Source of the DNA: Chthoniobacteraceae bacterium
GTDB lineage: Bacteria > Verrucomicrobiota > Verrucomicrobiia > Chthoniobacterales > Chthoniobacteraceae
Reading direction: 5' to 3'
DNA length: 24,567 bases
Assembly (NCBI GenBank): GCA_037190965.1
Contig: JBBCKI010000044.1
Coordinates: forward strand, 1 to 24,567
Positions 17,618 to 24,567 of this stretch are shown piece after piece. The position numbers and the translations under genes are program-made. The notes beneath the pieces are model-generated. The model did no database searches, had not been told where the DNA came from, and saw only the letters and a list, made by a program, of their open reading frames with translations. Numbering within the stretch: position 1 is the first letter of the stretch; every line of letters starts with the position of its first letter.

Positions 17618-18354
17618 TGGGACATCATACTTTTCGCCTTTTTTCGAAAGCGGCCAAAGCTTTTCTTCTGCTTCTATGCGCCTCTGCTTCCTTTGTTTGC
17701 TTGCCCGCTTCCGCCAGCGAGGAGGCAAAAATGCCAATCACGATCATGCCCCTTGGGGATTCCATTACTGAAATTCCGGTTTCGTATCGCTATCCTCTTA
17801 TGAAACGCCTTCAAAGCGCAGGCTACGCCGTCAAATACGTCGGAAGCAAAACCACCTACGCCAATCCCTCCTACCCCGAAATGGGAAAGCTGGCGCATGA
17901 AGGCTATGGCGGAAAAGACGTCCAGTTTTTGGCAAAACAGATCAAGGGCTCCTACCCCAAACACCCCGCTGACATCATTCTGCTTCATGCGGGTCACAAT
18001 CAGTTCGCAGACCAGAAACCCATCCCCGGCGTCATCGCCTCCACGCGGGAAATTATCGAGTACATCCGCACCATCAATTCAAAGGCCACCATCCTTCTCG
18101 GTCAGGTCATCACCGCCGGCAAACTTCCGAAATACTCTTATATTCCCGAGCTCAACGTGGAACTCGGCAAACTAGCTACCGAGCTCGACCGCCCCGATCA
18201 GCGTGTCATCGCCGTCAACCAAGCGGAGGGCTTCAACTGGGAAACCGATACTGTAGAAGACAAGGTGCATCCCAATGTCGCCGGAGGAGAGAAAATGGCT
18301 AATAAATGGTACGAAACCCTTGTCACAATCCTTCCCCCACCTGAGAAGCCGTAA
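17617..18354 (+). CDS. Secreted SGNH/GDSL carbohydrate esterase (CE3/XynB-like)
   Basis: IMPLGDSIT (block I), HEGYGG (II), LHAGHN (III), DKVHPN (V); signal peptide; TAATG overlap with the upstream gene. Confidence 0.88.
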   Translation: MGHHTFRLFSKAAKAFLLLLCASASFVCLPASASEEAKMPITIMPLGDSITEIPVSYRYPLMKRLQSAGYAVKYVGSKTTYANPSYPEMGKLAHEGYGGKDVQFLAKQIKGSYPKHPADIILLHAGHNQFADQKPIPGVIASTREIIEYIRTINSKATILLGQVITAGKLPKYSYIPELNVELGKLATELDRPDQRVIAVNQAEGFNWETDTVEDKVHPNVAGGEKMANKWYETLVTILPPPEKP

Positions 18355-18499
18355 TATTCCCAAGCGCACTTCTCAAGCGGCGCATGCAGCAGGAACATGA
18401 GGAATGGTGGAACCCGCTGAGCCCCGGACGCATCGTGGGATTATTCCTAAATTCAGCATTTTCGTGGTGGATCGCCGGAGGCTGCCGCCGCTGTAACTC

Positions 18500-18709
18500 T
18501 TAATCCGCACCGCCGCCTCCCGCGTAAACACCGGCATCCCAAACCCGTTTTGCAATCTCCCCGAAAAGCCGTTCATCATCCAGCGCCCCCTCCCGGCTGA
18601 GCGCCAGCCACTGCTCAATCATTGACTTCGGCACCGTCTGCTTGGGTACATTCACCTTCAGGAGTTGCTTTAGCATTTCCTCCCGCTGCGCCTGCACCAC
18701 TTGCCAAAG
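18500..18709 (-). pseudogene. Orphan C-terminal fragment of an unidentified gene
   Basis: Protein-like frame LWQVVQAQREEMLKQLLKVNVPKQ...GGGAD* preceded by an in-frame TAA, next to the helicase break point. Confidence 0.35.
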
Positions 18710-19980
18710 TTAGCAACCGTCAGCCCTGCCATTTTCTGAGCCGCTCTGCGCTCCATCCCCTGTGAGCCATCCGGGTCAGAGCAGAGAAGGGGGACGAACT
18801 TGCTACTCTCCGGCAGATGAAGAAGGCGGTTGCGAGCGGTAAGATCGAGCAATTTCCTCTGCCGCAGCGAGATTCTGTCCGCCGGTTGTGTCGCTTCGGT
18901 AGGCACCTCCACGTCGAAAGCGGGCAGGGGAGGGGCTTCCTCCAGAGCCTCATTAGGCGGAAGAGTCACCGGAGTCTCTTCGGTTTGAGGGGAGGCGCCG
19001 GGAAGCGCCAGAGGTCGGAGCGACCGCATGCGCGCGCGCCGTATATCCAGTGCCATCTGGAAGGCCTCATCTGTAAGCTGCTGTTTTGCGTTCTCCGTAG
19101 CCTGACTGAACGCTGGAACCGGCGATGAGGTAATCAGCGTGGTTTCAAACACCACCAGTTCATGGAGTTCGATGCGCTTTCTGACGGCAGCTGCTTCGTC
19201 CGTAATAAGATCGGAGAATTCTTGCGGTTGCAACCATAAGCCGACGAAGGCGTGCCCCTCGGTAAGAATGATCAAGGGATTCAACCGCGCCTGTTCCAGC
19301 GCCGCCGCAAAAAGAAGGGCGGTATCCAGGCAAATCGCAATCCGTCCATCGAAGATGGTGCTGGGAGTTCGAATTTTCTGACCGACCCGCTCGAAGCTTG
19401 CCGGGGGCAAAGCGTAGCTCAATCCCAATCTTGCCACCGCCGACCAAATGGCCGAAGCCAACTCCCAAACTCGAGAGCGCGACTTGCTTTCATAGCCATC
19501 GATTCCCGCCGGTTTGCCCGCCCTTCGCAGTACGTCGGAGGCCGCCTTGAGAACGCGATCAACCGCGGGATCGTTGGGCATGCAAAAAGTGGCCAGCAAC
19601 TCAGGCATCGAGCCGCACCCGCCCCAATGATTCTTCGCCAGGATTTCAAGTGGATGAGATTTCTCTGTCAACAGGACATCCACCTGCATCAGAGGGAATG
19701 TGATCTCGCCAGTGATGCTCTCCGTCAAATCTGCAAGAAGCCCACCCCTGAGCTTCACCTCGCGGTCGGCAATATGGAGCGTGGAATTGGCTACAAAAGA
19801 GTCGATTTGCCAGGTTTTCGGTTCGAGAACAGGGGGATCAGCCGAAAGCGACAACGTCACTCCCTCCAGATTGCATTCACCCGTGTTCGTCAGGGTCAGC
19901 TCTCGCAAAACCGGGACGGCGTTTTGGTGTGAAGTAAACCCAATCTTTTGAGTAATCGTGCTGCCAATTTCCGTTTGCAT
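18670..19980 (-). pseudogene. Truncated DUF4011/DUF3320 helicase (Hhe-type defence protein), N-terminal ~400 aa only
   Basis: ASFERVGQKIRTPS, CLDTALLFAAALEQ, GHAFVGLW, FETT, LDIRRAR and QRKLLDLTARNRLL (DUF4011 start). Resemblance stops at LCSDP (~18770) and no helicase motifs follow. Likely start is ATG 19980. Confidence 0.8.
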
Positions 19981-20249
19981 GAAGAAGAGAATCAAAATCC
20001 GCGTCCACAGAGTAAATCAACTTTGGAGCGAGCAGTCCAGCGGCGGTGTGGGGGCGCGAACTATATCCGCCACCGGCATTGCCTCTTCACCAAAGGAAGC
20101 CAGAGTTAACACAGGCTCTGCGGGGCCATTCCTGCGCGAGGTGTTTGTGCCTGTTTGTCAGGGACCACTGTTTTTGCTGAAGTAATGAAGCCATCGCCGA
20201 GGCGAGCTCTTTTGCTTTGGAGCGTGGGTCAAATAGCTCGAAGGGGGGC

Positions 20250-20281
20250 TCCTGTCGCCCATTCTACGAGGGGCGACGGGA
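20250..20281. repeat. Intergenic hairpin
   Basis: TCCTGTCGCCC-ATTCTACGAG-GGGCGACGGGA: 11-bp stem with one G-U pair. Confidence 0.55.
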
Positions 20282-20835
20282 TAGTTCACGATTCTGCCTG
20301 ACTCCTTTGCAGTTTACGAGAATCGATGGCTGTCGACGCAGCTCTCTCAAGATGCGAGCCGGTATTTAGCCAACGCCCCATGGATCGCTCCCCCAATGTC
20401 TTGCCGTAAAACTCGATGCAGGTGATCTATTGGGGAACGCTGGGCTGGAAGAAGATTTTCTGCCCAGGATTCGATCCGCTCGTGACACGGGCTCAGGCGC
20501 GCAGGGGGCGAACCAGGCCAAATCAGGCGGACGAAAGCCTCATTCGGTTAAAGACTGTCCAATTGGGGATAGGGATTGAGAAGAGACCGAGGACGATCCG
20601 TCGGCTGTCAGAGATGGAGGGGGCAAATTCTCCGAAATATCACTGGTAAATGTTGTTGCCAACGCCTCTGCGGTATAGAGCCTTATTCTTAGGCCCCTGC
20701 GTTGAAGCGTCCGAGACCACCATACGATGCCCGAAGGGAAGACCGTTGGGCCTGCTCGCAGAGATAAACGGGAAGGCATAGCGCCGTCAACTCAGCCTTC
20801 GGTTCAACGCTCGCGGGTTGCGCCGCCCCGGGTTC

Positions 20836-20898
20836 TTAGAGCAATTTGGGCATAATCTGTCGCGTGCTTTGTGACATTCTAAACCGAAAATGCTCCAA
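20836..20898. repeat. 63-bp imperfect palindrome, MITE/REP-like
   Basis: TTAGAGCAATTT...AAAATGCTCCAA terminal inverted repeats plus an inner TGTCGC/GTGACA stem. Confidence 0.5.
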
Positions 20899-20984
20899 GT
20901 GCGCAAATTGGCATTCTGGAGTATGATCGAAGCGCGGGCTTGGACTTTACGCCGCACTATCATCAGCATACGCTGATCGAAATA

Positions 20985-22706
20985 ATGCATACGCTCGCAG
21001 AGCAGTTTCGACATGTTCATGGGAAAGCCCGCCCACTAATCAGTGTTTGTTTTTACGGGCTGGCGGCAAGCCTGGCCTCGGTGGGCTTTCAGCTTTCCAT
21101 CAACGCTATCTATCACTGGTTTTTCAAAGGGCCGTCGCAGGGGGCTTTTTGGCAATTTGCGTGGATCAGCTTCGCGGTGATCGTCGTCGCGTCGCTGCTT
21201 ACCGGCTGGCTCTTGTATTCATTTTGTCCGACAGCGGCGGGAAGCGGGATACCCGAAGCAAAACTGGCATTTTGGAAGGAGTTCGGATATTCATCGCGCC
21301 GCGTCGCTTGGGTCAAGTTCATCGCGGGCGCGATTTGCATCGGAGGCGGCCAGAGTCTTGGCCGGGAAGGTCCTTCGGTTCAACTTGGGAGCAATCTCGG
21401 ATCAACCCTCGCAGGGCTTCTTGGCGTGGCGAAACAGAACCGTCGGGCTGCCAATGCCGCGGGGGCGGCTGCGGGACTGGCCGCCGCTTTCAATGCGCCA
21501 TTGGCATCGGTCGCCTTTGTGCTGGAAGAAATCATCGGCGATCTGAACAGTCGATTTCTGGGCGGAGTGCTGCTAGCCTCGGTGATCGGGGCTTTTGTTG
21601 TCCATGCCCTAATCGGAGCGCAGCCTGCCTTTGAGCTGGCCACCATCGCCGAACCGACCTGGCGGGCCTATTTACTGATGCCGCTGGCCGCCGCGCTTGC
21701 CGCGCTGGTTGGTATCTACTTTCAGCGGGCCGCTCTTTCCCTGAGGCGTAAGACTCGCGCCTCCCGCTTTCTTCCAAGGTGGTTGCATCCGTTGGGAGGC
21801 GGCCTCGCGACGTGGGCGATAGGCATTGCCGTTTTTGCATGGACGGGAAAACTCGGGATCTTCTCGCTTGGATATGACGATCTTTCCGCAGCCCTTACCG
21901 AAGGGATTGGCTGGAAACTCGCCCTCCTGCTGCTCGTCGGTAAATTCTTAGCCACGACACTTTGCTATGGGCTGGGAGGATGCGGCGGGATTTTTTCACC
22001 CAATCTCTTCTTTGGGGCCATGTGCGGAGCCTGCGTGGCCGGGGTCGGTTCACAGTTTCTGGATTTGACGCCAGCCGGAAAGATTCTGCTCGCGGTTGGA
22101 GGCATGAGCGCCTGTCTTGGAGCGGTGGTTCAGGCCCCCGTCACGGCCATTTTGATCATTTTTGAAATGACACACCAGTTTGCGCTGATACCGGGCTTGA
22201 TGATCGCCGGACTCGTTAGCCAAGCGATTGCCCGCAAAATGAACCATGCCAATTTTTATGAGGAAGTCTTGCTTGATGATGGGCATAAACTGGAACAATT
22301 GATCCCGCCTCGTGATCTTCGCAGTTGGCAAAATTTACCGGTTTCCGCTATTGCCCATTTCAAGCCGGTTGTTATCGACGATACCGCCGAAGCGACATTG
22401 AAGGAATTGCTGCTACACCATCCCTACCGGCAGTTTCCTGTCATGGAACATGGCCGCCTAAAAGGCTTCGCGGTGCGAACGGAAATCGAAGCCGCGATCT
22501 TCGAACATCGTCCCGTTAACCTGGAGCCTGCTGTCACTTGCCACCCGGGCGACCTGATCCGCGAATGTCAGAAGCTCATGATCGAGTCGGGATCGGGCAT
22601 GGTGGTGGTAACCAGTGCGCATGGAGATCACGTGCTCGCGGTCCTTACGCTTCATGATCTTTTGCGCGCCCAAGTTGCCATGAGTGAACGTGAAGCTGGC
22701 GCTTAG
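20985..22706 (+). CDS. clcA: ClC family H+/Cl- antiporter with C-terminal CBS pair
   Basis: GSGIPE, LGREGPSVQ (gating Glu), FNAPLA..F.LEEI (proton Glu), GGIFSP, NFYE (Tyr), then a CBS-like tail. ATG 20985 preferred over TTG 20940. Confidence 0.9.
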   Translation: MHTLAEQFRHVHGKARPLISVCFYGLAASLASVGFQLSINAIYHWFFKGPSQGAFWQFAWISFAVIVVASLLTGWLLYSFCPTAAGSGIPEAKLAFWKEFGYSSRRVAWVKFIAGAICIGGGQSLGREGPSVQLGSNLGSTLAGLLGVAKQNRRAANAAGAAAGLAAAFNAPLASVAFVLEEIIGDLNSRFLGGVLLASVIGAFVVHALIGAQPAFELATIAEPTWRAYLLMPLAAALAALVGIYFQRAALSLRRKTRASRFLPRWLHPLGGGLATWAIGIAVFAWTGKLGIFSLGYDDLSAALTEGIGWKLALLLLVGKFLATTLCYGLGGCGGIFSPNLFFGAMCGACVAGVGSQFLDLTPAGKILLAVGGMSACLGAVVQAPVTAILIIFEMTHQFALIPGLMIAGLVSQAIARKMNHANFYEEVLLDDGHKLEQLIPPRDLRSWQNLPVSAIAHFKPVVIDDTAEATLKELLLHHPYRQFPVMEHGRLKGFAVRTEIEAAIFEHRPVNLEPAVTCHPGDLIRECQKLMIESGSGMVVVTSAHGDHVLAVLTLHDLLRAQVAMSEREAGA

Positions 22707-22756
22707 GGAACCGCTGATTAAAGCGAGCGATGCCGCAAGCTGGTCATTTTGGCGTC

Positions 22757-22816
22757 TTTCCAACCCGATTTTTCCTCACCTGTCTTCAGACAGGCTGCGG
22801 AAAATCGGCTTGGAAA
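22757..22816. repeat. 60-bp near-perfect hairpin downstream of ClC
   Basis: TTTCCAA/TTGGAAA, CCGATTTT/AAAATCGG, CC/GG, CA/TG and CCTGTC-TTCA-GACAGG pairing, with two mismatches and two single-base bulges. Confidence 0.75.
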
Positions 22817-22909
22817 TACATCCAAACTGCCTGCGCTTTCTTCATGCTCCATTTAATCAGTGATTCACTAGACGACGGAGTAACCGTTGGTCGGATTTCC
22901 AAAAAACCT

Positions 22910-23230
22910 ATGAAAGCTATTACAATCCTTCTCCTTGGCGCAGTGATGATTTTCGCAAATGGACAGCCTGTCCTTGCTGAAAGCAGCTCCAACAAAGGCG
23001 AAGTCCAGGGTCAAGCCAAGAGCGGGAAGCGCACCGTGAAACGTTACCCTTTCGATGATTGCCTGGTTTCCAATGACAAGCTTGGCTCTCTGGGCAAACC
23101 GATTGGCTTCGCCTACAAGGGACAGGAGATCAAGGTTTGCTGTCGCGATTGTAAGAACGATTTTGACAAGACTCCCGACGTTTACATGAAGCGTTTTGAG
23201 AAAAAGATCGCTGAAATCAAGAAGCGCTGA
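22910..23230 (+). CDS. Small secreted YHS/TRASH-like metal-binding protein
   Basis: Signal peptide from MKAITILLLGA; YPFDDCLVS..KLGSLG...YKGQEIKVCCRDC..F...P..Y Cys motif. The 22730 start in the ORF track crosses a non-coding hairpin. Confidence 0.75.
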   Translation: MKAITILLLGAVMIFANGQPVLAESSSNKGEVQGQAKSGKRTVKRYPFDDCLVSNDKLGSLGKPIGFAYKGQEIKVCCRDCKNDFDKTPDVYMKRFEKKIAEIKKR

Positions 23231-23293
23231 ACTGCGGCGAGGATTTGAACGTGATCACGAAGACTTTGCAAAAGCGTCACAACCCGAACCCCT

Positions 23294-23785
23294 ATGCAAC
23301 CGTAGTACCTTCACGCGCTTTCATCCCATCTCCTTGTGCTGGGAATCGCCTTGGGCTTGTTCGCCACTCTTCTCGCCTGCTGGCTGAAGAGTCGTTCCGC
23401 CCGGATCGTGGGGCTAAGCCTTCTGGTTCTATGTTCGGCAATGGCTTGCCCGGTCTTCTGGTTGGGAGACGAGGGCTATCGCAACATAAGACCGATCGCT
23501 GACGAGCAAGGTCAGGCATGGCTTGATATCCATATGGACAGGGCGGAAGCCAGTATCTGGGTTTACTATATTCTCACGGTATTGGCGGGCGCAGCCATCG
23601 TTGTACCACGTTACAGGCCTCGCAGTGAGAAGGGATTGCTCATCAGTACGGTAGCGATGGCGTGCGCGGTACTGGGCGTGGGGGCCTGGATCTCGGCGGC
23701 CGGAGGGAGAGTGAGGCACCCGGAGTTTCGTCCAGCAGAGCCGCTGATCATTCAAGACGAAAGCGAAGCGTACGAGGTGGAATAG
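23294..23785 (+). pseudogene. DUF2231-like four-TM membrane protein with an in-frame TAG at codon 4 (or restart at GTG 23336)
   Basis: Frame reads M-Q-P-TAG-Y-L-H-A-L-S-S-H-L-L-V-L-G, followed by TM helices, WLDIHMDRAE and AAGGRVRHPEFR. Confidence 0.6.
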
Positions 23786-23843
23786 TCCCGCTGATTGATG
23801 GGCAAGGAGGCCGTTGCGTTGATATCTATTCAGAATAAGTTCG

Positions 23844-24567
23844 ATGAAAATTTTTCGGTTTATTGTTTTAATCATCATTGCGTCGGTAAGCCCGGTGGTC
23901 TATGCGAAGCTCGTTGAGTATGATCTTACTGTGAAGGAAGCCATTTGGGCGCCTCCCGGACATAAGCCGACCCGTGCCATTGCGGTGAACGGCGGAATTC
24001 CCGGCCCCACCATTCGTTTTCGAGTTGGAGATACCGCGCGAATTCGTGTTCACAACCAACTCACGAAGGAGGAAACCTCCATTCACTGGCATGGATTATT
24101 GCTGCCCAACAAGGAGGACGGCGTGCCGTATGTCACCACACCGCCGATCAAGCCGGGAACCACGCACACCTTTGAGTTTCCGATCGTCCATGCAGGGACC
24201 TATTGGTACCATAGCCATACAGGCTTTCAGGAGCAGACTGGCGTCTTTGGCTCGATTGTGATTGAGCCGGCCGCACCCGAAGGTGAAGCGGTGGACCGGG
24301 AGCATGTGGTGGTGTTGTCGGATTGGAGCAAGGAGAACGCCAGTGAGATCATGCGGTCCCTGGCGCGGGGTAGCGAATGGTACGAGATCAAAAAGAGGAC
24401 CGCCCAGAGCTTGTTGGGAGCGTACAAGGCCGGGGCGATGAAAGAGTTCTGGGAGCGGGAGAAATCCCGGATGCCGTCCATGGATATTTCAGACATCGCT
24501 TATGATGCCTTCCTGGCAAATGGCACTGAATCACTGGCTCTGGATGGAAAGCCAGGAGAGAAGATCA
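23844..24567 (+). CDS. copA: Multicopper oxidase, CopA-type copper resistance protein (3'-truncated by window; absent from ORF track)
   Basis: Manual translation MKIFRFIVLIIIASVSPVVYA-KLVEYDL...NGGIPGPTIRFRVGD...TSIHWHG...DGVP...GTYWYHSH: first two Cu-binding motifs. Frame is open to the window end. Confidence 0.92.
   Translation, partial: MKIFRFIVLIIIASVSPVVYAKLVEYDLTVKEAIWAPPGHKPTRAIAVNGGIPGPTIRFRVGDTARIRVHNQLTKEETSIHWHGLLLPNKEDGVPYVTTPPIKPGTTHTFEFPIVHAGTYWYHSHTGFQEQTGVFGSIVIEPAAPEGEAVDREHVVVLSDWSKENASEIMRSLARGSEWYEIKKRTAQSLLGAYKAGAMKEFWEREKSRMPSMDISDIAYDAFLANGTESLALDGKPGEKI

Noticed and set aside
18403..18480. Two TGGTGGA motifs resembling the reverse complement of a tRNA/tmRNA 3' end
   Set aside because: No T-arm (TTCGA) sequence follows either; 7-bp matches are insufficient.
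20455..20485. GGATTCGATCC resembling a tRNA T-loop
   Set aside because: No cloverleaf, acceptor stem or CCA can be built on either strand.
19958..20830. Short ORFs in the helicase-ClC intergenic region (19958-20185, 20416-20649, 20540-20779)
   Set aside because: No recognisable motifs or protein-like composition; the region may be decayed DNA, but I cannot support a call.
20600..20984. Fluoride riboswitch upstream of the ClC gene
   Set aside because: No riboswitch consensus is visible, and the protein has canonical GSGIP/GREGP chloride motifs rather than CLC-F motifs.
1..24567. CRISPR array, rRNA or full tRNA genes
   Set aside because: No regularly spaced repeats or structural RNA signatures were seen in any intergenic region.

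Overview
GC-rich bacterial DNA, very probably Verrucomicrobiota (Chthoniobacterales/Spartobacteria-like), judged from a Verru_Chthon pilin cassette and a PEP-CTERM protein. Three blocks are visible. (1) The 3' end of a tyrosine integrase (1-498). (2) A ~17.5-kb glycan-utilisation-like locus (816-18354): FAD oxidoreductase, IclR regulator, secreted GH123/DUF4091-like protein, PEP-CTERM protein, four minor-pilin-like genes in the order C-A-D-B, an (alpha/alpha)6 enzyme, GH35 beta-galactosidase, DUF4838 protein, a lectin-like protein and an SGNH esterase. One 15-bp palindrome (wTkCA-N5-TGmAw) sits upstream of all four divergent transcription units, and the locus has no recognisable sugar transporter. 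(3) A decayed DUF4011/Hhe-type defence helicase remnant, a ClC Cl-/H+ antiporter flanked by ~60-bp hairpins, and a copper-handling cluster (YHS/TRASH-like protein, membrane protein with an in-frame TAG, and a multicopper oxidase that runs off the window and is missing from the ORF track). Family assignments come from recognised motifs, not database searches.
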